Made by a program: the position numbers and the translations under genes. Positions 51,478 to 64,000 of a DNA stretch of 64,000 nucleotides are shown here, in pieces; the first letter of the stretch is position 1; each line of letters starts with the position of its first letter. The stretch is taken from positions 6,820,001 through 6,884,000 of the forward strand of contig NC_043001.1 of the NCBI RefSeq assembly GCF_006345805.1, in the 5' to 3' direction. This DNA is from Octopus sinensis. Its lineage: Eukaryota. The notes under the pieces were generated by a model that saw only the letters and a list, made by a program, of their open reading frames with translations, searched no databases and was not told the DNA's origin.

Positions 51478-53564
51478 AATGTGTCAATGAAGAGGCTGAG
51501 CAGAACTGCCTCATAAATTTTGGAATGAAATAGAAACTGCAAAAGAGGACGCCGCTGAAAATAAAAAGCCATTCTAAGGTACATACAAAATATAGCAATG
51601 TGAAAGAGCTTTACATTGTTCAAAGACCTCAGAGATATGCAAGGCCTTCATATTAGTGTATGTTAAATGGAATATTTGCAAAGAGTCCTTCCTAAGTTAC
51701 TAGGCAAAACACTCATCGGTGAAATTCCTTATACAATACTCTCTTTTACCAAAACCAAACTAAAGGAAGACTACCTAAATTAGTCTTTGTAAAGTAGCAT
51801 CCATAAAATACCTGATGTCTTTGTGTCGTTACAGCCTCTGCTGGAAATACATAAAATTTGAAGTATATTTAGCTCCTATCATGATGCAATAATATTCGGA
51901 TGTGGTCGAAAGACATACAGCTTTTCGTTCGTGTAAGAAAAATATGTAAAATTCTAGGAATAATATAATGAAAGATTAATTTTATTTTATTTCATTTTCT
52001 TATTTCTTTTTTTTTTCAACATGGCTAAATCGTTTCTAAGCGATTGAAGCTAGTAGCACAATTTAATATAAAGGCAAATACTTTCTGTATTTTATCAATG
52101 ATACAGTTCTCGATGTATCTAATTTTCCTTTTTTAACATATATTTTTACATACACACATATACTCATAAATATACATACATGCTTAAATATACATGCATA
52201 CGTACAAATACGTGTGTGTGTACGTATAAGGGATATATGTAAACTTGGTGACATATATGTGTGTATGTGTATGTGTTCATTATAAGTATAGTGAGGGATA
52301 TTTGGATTAATAGAGAAAATTCATCCCAGGTTCTCTGAGCAAAGGAAGAGAAGGCCAGAAACATTTAACCTGATGCTATAAGTAATTTCATAGCTTCTAT
52401 TATCTTCCGATGATAATTTTTTCTTAGAAAATAATGTAAGAATAAAAGAAAAGAAAATCGAAAATAAATGACAACAAATGAAAATATGTGAGTGGAAATT
52501 AATTAAAACGAAAGTGAAGCTCAATAATAGAGATGGCATTCTGATAAATTTGGTTATCAGGGGAAATTAAGTAAATTGCTAAAAATAATTGCAAATATAA
52601 TTATAAAAATGAGAAGTGGAAGAAAATATGAACTTTTGTTCAACGAAAGAGAAAACTGAAGTGAGTATTATTGATAGAACATAAATATTGAAAATATCGA
52701 TAGCATTACTGAATATTAGGTTTGTTGCTGCTGTTATTTTTTGTTGTTGTTGTAGTTGTTGGTGGTGGTGGTGGTTGTCGTCGTATTCGTCGTCATCATC
52801 ACCGTCATGTTGAGGATGAACATGATAATGCAGCGATACTGATGTTGTTGTTGTTGTTGAAACTGATTTGGACGATGGAGGTGTCTTAAGTTTGATGGAT
52901 ATTCTGGCGTGGATTTGCGTCGTAGGATTTCTGTTTTTTTCTTTTTTTTTTGGTGGAGGAGGATGTTCATTCTAATGACGAATCTCTCTCTTTTATGTTT
53001 TGTTTCGGATTTGTATAAAAATCGCAATAGACATTGATAGTTTTGTCTTCATATGTATATACCTAACAATATGTTTCTTCATGTTTTCCCCACATATAAT
53101 ATTCAAATGCATAACGTAAGAGACTGTACAGTAAATACAAGACACAAACCATACAAACATATTCACACTGCTTCCCACTAATTAAAGATATTCCCTATTA
53201 AAAATAGCTAAGCGAAATATTTTTCGCTTAAGAACATTTCATGCCATCGCATATCATATTGAATGGATCCTAATTAACATTTAAACTAATTAAACATCTA
53301 TTTGAATTCTTATAAAAATTCCGATTACCATATAACGTACAGTATGTTTGGTATACAATTTGTTTTTTAAATATACTTGAAAAAATACCTGGAAAACATA
53401 TACGCCGATATTCCAGCAATGAAAAGAGATCATGTTTAAAATGGAGATTATTCTCCGACTTGATAGAGTTGTACGTTATTTACAGCAAGGAAATATGCAA
53501 TTTAATGCATATCACAGCTGATATTTGTTGATGCACCGATAAATATCAGCATCACTACAGCATT

Positions 53565-53960
53565 ATAGGTCCAGGTATGATAGTGTGGTTAAGAATCGTA
53601 CTTTGCAACCAAGCGATTTTGTGTTCAGTTCCAGCGCATTGTACCTTGGGCAAGACTCTTTTCTATATTCCTTTCTTGAAGGAAACTGTGTGAAGCGCAG
53701 TGTATGTTTTTGTGTTTTAGTTTTTTTGTCTCCACTATTTGAGTAACGGTGTTGGTTTGTTTTTCTTCCCACATTTTAATGGTTCTAGAAATGTGAACGA
53801 TAGAAAGAGGATCGGATTTAAAACATAAGCATTCGGCTCGACTTCGACTAAAAGCTTTCAGGGCTTGCTCTAGTATGATCGCGGTCTCGTAGCTGCAACA
53901 CGTAAAACATGAAAGATAAACGAATTGGTCTACTTTCCTGGTCAAAATATCGTGAAACAC
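53565..53960 (+). mobile_element. SINE family A, decayed
   Basis: ATAGG..GTGTGGTTAAG head, GTTCAGTTCCA and CCTTGGGCAAG core. Confidence 0.6.
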
Positions 53961-54129
53961 ATTACACACGGCATAGTGATCTGAGAAACGTATCTACTTT
54001 CCATGTAGCCATCCAGTTATAAGGTGAAGAAATACTGATTTCTTTAAATACTCTTATTCCTTCTAAAATACTTTAGTGTCGAGCAAATCACTTTGTGTAA
54101 ACGATATTCTTTCAGAGATATTGTTTAGG

Positions 54130-54350
54130 GCGACGAGTTGGCAGAATCGTTACCACGCCAGGCGAAGCGCTTAGCGGTAATTTGTCTGCCGTTATGTTCT
54201 GAGTTCAAATTACGCCGAGGACGACTTTGCTTTTCATCCTTTTGAGGTTGATAAAATAACTACCAGTTACGAACTGGGGTCGATATAATCGACCTAATCC
54301 CTTTGTCTGTCCATGTTTGCCCCCTCTATGTTAAGCTCCCTTTGGACAAT
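54130..54350 (+). mobile_element. SINE family B (B2 tail)
   Basis: GGCGACGAGTTGGCAGAATCGTTA head, GAGTTCAAAT box B and TAATCCCTTTGTCTGTCC tail. Confidence 0.85.
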
Positions 54351-54478
54351 AAAGACACTTATAACGTTTCAGAGAAATGCACCTTCATGACTATGCAGTC
54401 TTGGTGACATTTTTTCCAGATGATACACATCTGAAAAGATATATGAAAAATTCTACAGTCATACTAATACTGATTTTA

Positions 54479-54572
<94 letters not shown>

Positions 54573-54894
54573 TCACATATATCCACCTATGTCAACATAC
54601 ATACACCCACATATATACATGTATATGTGTGTGTATGTATGACATTGTTCAGTTTTATTGCAAGATTGATTGCCGATAGAGAAAGAGCCGGTTTCTAACC
54701 CAGATCCAATGCTCCTTCATTGGAATTTCAACATCAACAACAGGGTATTTTTGTATGAATGTATGTATGGATACAGCCACGGTCCACTTCGTCGAAGAAC
54801 CGCATTACCAAACATAGACGTTATATAAACATGATAACTCGTTTGTCTTCAGACTTCGTAGGCATATCTTTATTGTTTGCTTTAAAGATAGCAA

Positions 54895-55215
54895 GCATAA
54901 GGCAGCGAGTTGGTTGAACCGTCTGTATGACGGACGAAATGTCTAACACCATTATATCCATGTATATATTCTGAGTTCCAATTGCGCCGTTGTCGACTTC
55001 GCTTTTCATCTTTTTGGTGTTGACGAAATAAATACCAGTCGAGCACCGGGGACGATGTAATCGACTAGTATTTCCCCCTCTAAAACAAATTAGGTTTTGT
55101 GACTATTATAGGAAGAGTTAATTTTAGCAAGGATGTGTTAAGCTCAAACGCTGTCGGAGTTGACTAATATTTCATCCCTTCGGGATCGATAAAATAAACA
55201 CTCGTTTACTCTTTC
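54895..55215 (+). mobile_element. SINE family B copy plus partial second copy
   Basis: GGCAGCGAGTTGG..GAGTTCCAATTGCGCCG..GTCGACTTCGCTTTTCATC. A second TTTCATCCCTTCGGGATCGATAA module lies at about 55170. Confidence 0.7.
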
Positions 55216-55377
55216 CCCTAAAATTATTGAACTTTTGCCAAATAGTTCAAACCATTCATTATAGCAAGGATATATATCAAAATATGTGTACGCACAATCG
55301 TGCTTATTTGCCTAGAAGTATTTATACATGTACCACAATAAATATACAAATATGATATATGATATATGTATAAATAA

Positions 55378-55417
<40 letters not shown>

Positions 55418-56189
55418 GAAGTTAAGTTGCCTTATTCCTTTTGGAACACATAATCAATGTTATTTTGAGGCAGCATACATATACATCGTATTTTATATTC
55501 ACCCACTTCCAAAATAACACCAACTATAATATTAAAATATATAATTTGTAGCACGAACATTTTTCGTCAGATAACTCTTTAGAAAATAAAAAAAAAGAAA
55601 TTTCGCTCGATATCAAATATGTTTCACCTTCAATGTGTATCCGTTGATATATATATCATATCATATAGCAAAACCTATAAACTGATGTAACCCAAATGTC
55701 AAGGCTGGCATGTATACGCAGACCTTGTGAAGATTTATTGAGGAAGACTGGCAAATTTCGATTTCGGAAAAGCTTTAAATCTTTCATCGTCAAAATACAG
55801 ATGTTTATCGAAGGGTGAGTCGACCTCACGGATTGATACAACTTGGCATACCAGATGTCTATGCATCGTAATTAGTAAGCAAAAGTTAACTCATTGGCGA
55901 AGTCATCTTGCTCTATCCTTTACGAGGTCGCTCAGTTCACAGTACTAGAAGAGTATGTTCTATCAAATAAAACAGACGATGAAAAGAAAAGGGCATTTGT
56001 GAAATATGAAAGAAAAAAGTAGAGAGTCTAAACAAAAATTACCAGGGATTGAGTGAATTTTATAAAACAAAAAAACGCTGTGCTAAATCTTTGCCGCCCC
56101 CTAAAAGGTCAGGACCTGGACATTAGGTACAATAAATAGATTTAACAAAAGATGTCAATATACCCCTTATACAAATATCATAGAGATGT

Positions 56190-56720
56190 ACATGCATAGC
56201 AAGTGACCTGATCTGAGATCGTGTGCTGAAACAAAAGCAATTGCAGCGTGGAAGTTGTTTATAAGCCATTTAAAATCACACAAAACCTATTTCTTTACTA
56301 CCCACAAGGGGCTAAACACAGAGAGGACAAACAAGGACAGACAAACGGATTAAGTCTATTACAACGACTCCAGTGCGTAACTGGTACTTTATTTATCGAC
56401 CCCGAAAGGATGAAAGGCAAAGTCGACCTCGGCGGAATTTGAACTCAGAACGTAACGACAGACGATATAAGGCTACGCATTTCTCCCGGCGTGCCAACGT
56501 TTCTGCCAGCTCGCCGCCTTAAAATCACACAAAACCGTTAGATTCACATCAACATTTAAATTCAATTTGCCTAATTATCCCCGTCGTTTTGAAACCGCGA
56601 ACTGATTACTGACAAAATTCCGTGCAGCACGGAAATATTTTGCCAAATTAAATTTAAATGTTGAAGTGAATCAGACGGATTTTGTGTCTTTTAAAATGGC
56701 TTATAAATATTTTGTCTGAA
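56190..56720. mobile_element. Repeat family H with an inverted duplicated end
   Basis: Homologous to 31810-31992. 56632-56707 is an inverted copy of the left portion. The junction palindrome CCGTGC-A-GCACGG is at about 56620-56632. Confidence 0.7.
56288..56518 (-). mobile_element. Full-length SINE B2 with 18-bp target-site duplication
   Basis: TTAAAATCACACAAAACC at 56270-56287 and 56519-56536 flanks the SINE. Confidence 0.92.
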
Positions 56721-57356
56721 TGTGTGTGCGTGTGCATATGCTTCACTGATTGTAAATGATTTCTATGAATCATAGCTAAAGTATAATCACTGTTGAAAGG
56801 CATCAAGCTGTTGATTTTGTATGACCGAAAAATATCTTGATATACATTTTTTAACCAAATATTTATCGAGGTGAGACAAATCTCATCCCAGCCCAACACA
56901 CGGTAACTGGAGACGCATTTCGCTTTACATGAGAAGGGCCGATGTTATGTAACGAAATATGTCACCTCCGAAACATAGTGAACAGGTGATAAATGTGATA
57001 TACACGTCTATACACAAGCGCAAAAACGTACTCACTCAATCACGCGCAGTTATAAGCTCTTCCAATCATACACATATGCAATTATATGTTTACACACAAA
57101 TGCCACACTGTACATAGACATATACACATCCATTTATTCCGCCTCATAATGTTCGCGCAACTACGCGAATGTAGCAAGTTCTAATGCATATGGATTCACG
57201 TGCATTGATTCATACTTGCATACACGCATACATTACATACATACATACATACATGCATACATACATACAACCGAAGACACATCACATCCCCTTATTCATA
57301 CATCTGATACGCAAACACGCTATTAAAAGGCTCTGCTTTCGCTGGCCCTGGGGTGC

Positions 57357-57795
57357 TTAGACGCTGCAAGCTTCCGGTCCAACGATGCCGACCAGGAAAT
57401 ATCCTATTTCTCATGGAACTGCTATCACTGAATTGTCGGAATTACTAAGACATTACAATGCGATCAACGCGCACCAACGGAAGTCTATATCCCAGCAGAC
57501 ATCTTCGACTTTTGTTCGTCACATGGCCCAAATCCTAGTAGGCTGCAGTTACGGTAGAGGACATTTAGATGCACACACACGCTTAGATGCTGCTAGCTTC
57601 CTGTCCAACGACGCAGTCCAAGAATTTTCCTATTCCTCATGGAATTTCTGTCACTGAATCGTCGTTCTTCCAAAGACATTACAATGTGAGCAGTATTCCC
57701 TAATAACAGCCTATTTCCCAGTAGCCATCTTTTGAATTTGTTTTGTCACATATTTTAACTGCGAAAAATCTCATTCACTGCATTTACCATAGAGA
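57357..57795. repeat. Diverged tandem duplication of an approximately 220-bp unit
   Basis: GCTTAGA(C/T)GCTGC(A/T)AGCTTCC(G/T)GTCCAACGA starts both units (about 57357 and 57581). CTCATGGAA, CACTGAAT and AAGACATTACAATG are also shared. Confidence 0.75.
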
Positions 57796-57830
57796 AAAGT
57801 TTCTCTCATAGTAAAAATGCAGAACAATAG

Positions 57831-57878
<48 letters not shown>

Positions 57879-58299
57879 CCATACAAATTTCGGCCTTGGA
57901 AGTCCTTGCCGCAGAATGAACTCAAATCGACGTGTTTGTAAACTAGCGTCTTGTCTTACTACTCGTGCCTGTATTTATAAACTGTTTTGAAACGTGTGAG
58001 ATCATTTCAATCACACGGCAATTTATGATATATCTTTATCAGAAAATGAAAGCGTTCGATCGCTTAATTAATATTCCACACATTCCCTGTGGAACCACTA
58101 ATGAAAATATAGAATTAATTATAGGTTTATGTGAATATTATAATTAACTATATTATGTGAATATTATAATTAACTATTACGTTATATGAATATTACAATG
58201 ACATAGAATTATTCTATCAAATGTATGGTCTTCTCATAAATCTAGTTTATTTTTAATTTCCCGTTTTCTGAAAAGCTTTAATAATTTTTGGTCCTACTA

Positions 58300-58542
58300 C
58301 AGTAATTCCTCGCCATATCGCGGTTCACCTATCGCGGTTCATCTATCGCGATTTACTATGTAAGCTTAAGTCGATTCCTCCGTTGTGTTGTTTTGCATCT
58401 ATAAATAAATAAAATAAATATATACACAATTATAACAATAATAGAATGAAATATACAGTACAGTACTCTTTCTACTTCGCGGATTTTCACTTATCGCGGG
58501 GAATATTGGAACGTAACACTTGCGAAAGGCTAGGGGGTACTG
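58300..58542. mobile_element. pogo/Tigger-type MITE
   Basis: TA|CAGTAATTCCTCG ... CTAGGGGGTACTG|TA, with repeated ATCGCGG sub-terminal motifs. A decayed partial copy lies at about 62295-62445. Confidence 0.75.
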
Positions 58543-59221
58543 TAATATAGACACTAGCTATTGGGGTATTAACTTCAGCGTTCAGGTTGAATCTGTTCTG
58601 TCTCAGGTGGTGAAACAGAGATATGCCCACCTCTACAAAATTGGTATGGAGCGTACTTTGCTAAATTTACTGAAGATGAGAATGCTTTACAGAGCAATTC
58701 AGAATGTCTGAAATCCAAATAGATCACAACTGCATTCCATCCCAGACTTGAAAGTGTAAGAATAGTGTTGCTAAATCATTGAATCTGTTGTTCTTAGAAT
58801 TCAGAGATTGGTTCATTGTCTGGACGCCGAGATGAAGTAATGGAAATGTAAACTGGATGCGGAGAAAATCGGGATAAATAACGTGTCATGTTCTCCTCAG
58901 CAGAAGACTCTGCTTAGCGAGTGATTTTGCTCAGCGAGATTTTGCTCAGCACAACGGAGGTATGAATCGTCTTGGTCTCAGACTTGTTGGCTTTTTAATT
59001 TTTTGCCATTACTAATTCAACGCTGATTTATTTGGCAGGAGAACTATCTCTTGTTTTAATGCTTCTCTCGTCTCTCTCTCTCTCTCTCACTCTCTCTCTC
59101 TCTTATTTTGTCTTTCTCATTTTCTCAGTCTTATTCTCTTTCTCCTCCTCTTTCTCTCTCTACACTCCAGTAACCATATTGCTCAGTGTGTATATGATAA
59201 TGTATATGTGAATCGTCTTCA

Positions 59222-59735
59222 GTGGCGACGAGCTGGCAGACTCGTTAGCACGCTGGCTGAAACACGTAGCGGGATTTCTCCCTTTGTTACGTTCAAATTC
59301 CACCATGGTCAACTTTGCTTTTATAGGCGCAGAAGTGACTGTGTGGTAAGTAACTTGCTTACCAACCACGTGGTTCTGGGTTCAGTCCCACTGCGTGGCA
59401 TCTTGGGCAAGAGTTTTCTACTATAGCCTCAGGCCGACCAATGCCTTGTGAGTGGATTTGGTAGACGGAAACTGAAAGAAGCCTGTCGTATATATGTATA
59501 TATATGTATGTATGTGTATGTATATGTTTATGTGTCTGTGTTTGTCCCTCTAGCATTGCTTGACAGCCGATGCTGGTGTGTTTACGTCCCCGTCACTTAG
59601 CGGTTCGGCAAAAGAGACCGTTAGAATAAAAACTGGGCTTACAAAGAATAAGTCCCGGGGTCGATTTGCTCGACTAAAGGCGGTGCTCCAGCATGGCCGC
59701 AGTCAAATGACTGAAACAAGTAAAAGAGTAAAAAA
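59222..59735 (+). mobile_element. SINE B head immediately followed by a full SINE A
   Basis: 59222-59325 is a family B head cut at ACTTTGCTTTT. 59326-59735 is a complete family A copy with its tail. Confidence 0.85.
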
Positions 59736-59877
59736 GAGAGAGAGTTAAATTATGTCTCTCACTCTCTCACTATATCTCTCTCTCTCTCCGCCACTGTTTC
59801 TCGATCTTTCCATCTACACGTGTGAATTACTTTACGCGCGTGTGTGCATATGTGCATATTGCACATTATGTATAAAA

Positions 59878-60128
59878 AAAAATAAATGCACCCTTTTAAA
59901 GTCTAGCCGGGCTCATGGGCCCGGTTTCCCGGTTTCTATGGCGTATGTGTTCCCCAGCTGGACGGGACGTCAGTCCATCGCAGCATTACTCATTTTTGTC
60001 AGCTGAGTCGACTGGAGCGACGTGAAATGAAGTGTATTGCTCAAGAACACAACGCGTTGCCCGGTCCAGGAATCGAAACCACAATCTTACGATCATGATG
60101 ATAATACCCTAACCACTAAGCCACATGC
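59878..60128 (-). mobile_element. SINE, head G plus tail D
   Basis: TGGCTTAGTGGTTAGG box A, GGTTTCGATTCC box B and TTCTTGAGCAA core. The tail is shared with 37540-37825. Confidence 0.8.
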
Positions 60129-61349
60129 CCACATCTTATTATGTATATGACAATGTATATGTGAATCGTCTTCAGTTAAATTATAATGTTTCTTTCTCTC
60201 TCTCTCTCCCTCTCTGTTTCTCGATCTGTCCATCTACATGTGTGAAGTACTTACGCGCGTGCGTTGTATGTGTGCATATGTGTGTGTGTGTTTGTGTGTG
60301 TGTCTCCAATGGCAAAATTTAATGTCGCGAAATTAAGCTAAATGTCCAGTCAGCTGTCCATATCATCTCAGCGTACATAAAGATACGACCAGGTGACTCG
60401 TTCTGTTCTAAGGAATCCGACACATAGGTACATGCTTCGTTTACTTCATTATCGCCATCAATAATCAACGTCATCGTCGTCGTCATCATCATCATCAACA
60501 TCATTACCAGCACTATAGTCTCTTCCTTGACAGCAGGGAACAATTTCAAATTTAAGATTCTATATTCTATATTCTATATTCTTATTGTCGGCCCTAAATA
60601 ATATCATGAACATGCGATTATCCCGCTAGTAGTATTATTCCTCAAACCAACAAATGCACTCACTCAACCATCGACATTATCTAAACATCAACAACGAAAT
60701 TATGATAATTATTTCCAACATGTAAATTATCGTAATTAATATCTTGCCGTACACAAAATTGGATATCCACGTAGAGATATATAATATCTTAACTTCTATA
60801 CAGAACTGGTTGTATTTTATCTTGTACCAAAATCGGTAAGTCCAGCTTTCTTGTAGATGCTTAATATTTATATTACTTATATCCTTAGCAATTTTCTATA
60901 AATCATAAGAATTCTATTTTACAAATGGTGAATCTATTGCGTAACTGATGCTATAATTTTCTAACGATTCCTAAATTTAAAATGGCTTTATAGATTTATG
61001 AGATATAAGATACATTAAGGGCAACAACAAAACATATTTGTTTTATGTGCAATATCTACTTGAGTATCCTATGTATACATTTATATAAAGGATTATGTAA
61101 TATATATTATACTTGGACTCTCATGGGGCTACAGAAGAACACGTAATATATATAGGATGGCACTGGATAAATCAAATGCTTCAGACTATAAATAGGAAAC
61201 GGTGCTTAATATTTCGTGGGGGTCAGTGGCAGTTATTGGAAATTTAATATAAGATGCATAATAACATTATGTGTTCATATTCACATACACACACGCAGAA
61301 ATGCAGTGTTATTGGATTATCGATCAATATATTAATGCATTATTATGTA

Positions 61350-61560
61350 AGATGGTGAGCTGGTAGAATAGCTAGCACGTCATGCAAAAAACTTAGCGGC
61401 ATTACGTATGTCTTTACACTCTGTGTTCAAATTCTACCCAGGTGAACTTTGCATTTCATTGCGCCGTGGCTGACGGAATAGGTACCGGCTGAGCGCTGGG
61501 GTGGATTAAATCGATTTAACACCTTCCCGAAAATTGCTATCGTTTTACCAAGAATTTGAG
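61350..61560 (+). mobile_element. SINE family B, decayed
   Basis: GGTGAGCTGGTAGAATAG head, GTGTTCAAATTC and GAACTTTGCATTTCAT. Confidence 0.65.
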
Positions 61561-62449
61561 CAATTAGATCATGCATGTATACACACACACAAACGTATAG
61601 TATAATATAACATGATATAATATATATGTGTGTGTGTATGTATGTATATATGTATATATATGTATATATATATATCTATATATATATACATATATACACA
61701 CACACACACGCACATACACACACACACACACATATATATATTGTATTCAGTTCTCTTGTGTAGTCCCCAGAAAAAGTACTCTCTCTGGTGTGAGATAAAT
61801 ATTATCTAAATAAACACACTATATGTTTTTTATGTATTACTATTAGTCTCATATGATGAGACCATGCCAGACAATGTTTACACATCTGGCGACTCAGCAC
61901 AATCTTCATGTACTTCCCCCCATGTCATAGGAAACTAAAACTTGAACGCTAGGTTGAGAGAAAAAGCGAAAAAGAAATAGATATAAAAAGTGGAATGCTG
62001 AACGCTAGGTTGAGAGATAAAGCGAAAAAGAAATAGATTGTTTCTTTTTGTTTCCTTTTTTTTGTCAGTTTTTCAGACTCCTCACTTATTTATTTAGTTC
62101 TTCCTCGCCTTTTCTTGATTTTTCTCTCATCAACTCGTCACATACTTAGTTTCTTGTGTCATGTGGACAGTGCCTGAAGATTGTCCTGAAACACCAGACG
62201 TGTTACAAATACTATCTGGCATTGGCATGCTCTCACCGCATGAAACTACGCGTAGCACCTAAAAACATACATTGAGTTTATTAAATAATATATATACAAT
62301 AATCCATCGCTATGTCACGGTTCACCGATCGCGGCTTATTATTTGTGCTTACATCGATTTTTCTGTGGCGTTGGTTTTGCCTTTATAATAAAATAAATAT
62401 AGACAAATTATGAAAAGAATTTTATAAAAATGTACAGTTCTATTTCTTA

Positions 62450-62545
62450 TTTCTTTATTGCCCACAAGGGGATAAACATAGATGGGACACACAAAGTGAT
62501 TAAGTCGATCCCATCGACGCCAGTGCGTAACTGGTACTTTATTTA
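62450..62545 (-). mobile_element. SINE B2 3' fragment
   Basis: TATTTCTTTATTGCCCACAAGGGG..AAGTCGAT..CAGTGCGTAACTGGTAC matches 56288-56400. Confidence 0.7.
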
Positions 62546-63867
62546 AAATGTATTTGTTTAAAATATATTAAAATATAATTGTTTAAAATTTTAACGTGTT
62601 TCCATTATTGTGTCCAACCCTGTTTATGTACTCACACACTGCAGTGAATTTTGAACCCCGCTTGAGTTCTTTTACATCGACTGTTTTCTATGCAAATTGG
62701 CTTTGTACCTAAAATTCATAAGTTTATCATCTTTGAATTCTTCTGTAAGCGACGAATCGTATCGAGTTCTCTCAATATTTCGAAATTCTTTACATTCTAA
62801 ATAGCATTTTTTCGTTTGTACATAGATTGTAAGATAACTTCAATATCACTGTTCCAATCTGGAAAATTCGACAGTGCTCATTCAATACCTAAATCCAATA
62901 TCGACATGAACAATATTCAAAGTCCTTGCTGAGACTCCCAAAATTGAATTAATAGGTAGAAGTAGTGTATTTGTAACAGAACAATCCCATTTGTTATGTT
63001 AAGGCATTAACTAGTCATCAAATAGATTGCTAAAGTTGTATCTGTTCTTCCGAAATGTGTCGAAATTATAAGCTTATGTCAAGATACCGAAAGCTCGTAA
63101 AGAACTTATATTGCAGTTTTATACCAATTATGTCCTCTTGTCTTTTAAGAATTGCCAAATTCTCGAAGCAGTTGTGCATTCTTTTATTTTAAAATTCCTG
63201 CTCGTGAGAAAATTGCTTTCATACAAAATGCTAAAACGAAATTTGGAAAATTTATATTCTGATAAAGCCTTTTCCTTCATATATGTAATAGCTTAAAAGC
63301 TAGCTTTTGTGGAGGGCTCTCTCCATTGGTGCTTGGGCCCAACAATCATATTTGATGTACGTATTAAGTTTTATTAAAACTTGAATAATATTTTTCAAGT
63401 AATAAACAATTTTCATAGAAGCAATGGTATATTTTGACGACTTGGAACTTATTTTAAAGCTGCATGATAAACAAAATTTGTTGTCTTCCCATTCGGAGAG
63501 CAGAACAATTCTTTTCTGTCTTACCTCTTTCTTTCTTTCTCTCTCTCTCTCTCCCTTTCTGTTGATTGTTGCCAAAAATCACCATCACCAGTACCACCAC
63601 CATCGCCACCACAACTACCATATACATACCATTCAGACATCTGACGCCAGAACCATCAATACCTTTGATTTCGCCACCTTCCTCTCCGCCACCATCACCA
63701 CTGCCTCTCACATACAATTACTTTCACTCATTACCTTTACAACCGTCAATCTACTACCTCGCTCACCCTCTCTATCACTACTATTAATCTCACCCCATCA
63801 TAAGGAATAGTGAGAGAGGGGGTCAAAGTGTGACTCACTGACACACAGGAATTCAGTTTCGCATTTA

Positions 63868-63898
<31 letters not shown>

Positions 63899-64000
63899 GC
63901 GAGAGAGAGAGAGAGAGAAAGAGAAAGTAGAGAGAGACACACCAGTCTAAGTAGTAACAGATTCTTTGAAATAAAAGTCAAAGCAACTCAATAGCTATCT

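Noticed and set aside
58580-58800. Possible Gypsy integrase remnant (ITTAFHP)
   Set aside because: A single short motif among broken frames, with no LTR or other pol domains nearby.

Overview
AT-rich, microsatellite-dense animal DNA. The SINE families, (AT)n/(AC)n/(AAT)n load and Penelope-like plus R4/Dong content suggest an octopus or other coleoid cephalopod (inference). I found no host protein-coding exon, so the window reads as intergenic or deep intronic; most ORFs in the supplied track are translated microsatellites. Elements present: a near-complete Neptune-like Penelope retroelement (about 4790-8680, minus) and a decayed second copy (39380-40560); a GIY-YIG fragment of a different Penelope clade with an inverted pseudo-LTR (13487-14330); seven R4/Dong-type (RLE) LINE fragments, most abutting TAA repeats; four CR1/L2-type LINE 3' ends; an RTE 3' end; Tc1/mariner and pogo remnants; a non-autonomous Helitron; and many tRNA-derived SINEs. 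The most striking signal is a set of minimal hammerhead-ribozyme-like motifs in six repeat families, often as inverted pairs. Their core 3:8 base pair appears to vary between families (C:G, U:A, probably G:C), and one family is a tRNA-headed SINE carrying a hammerhead tail. A five-unit CRE/CCAAT array with invariant spacing lies in the Neptune 3' region. All motif calls were made by eye and need computational confirmation.
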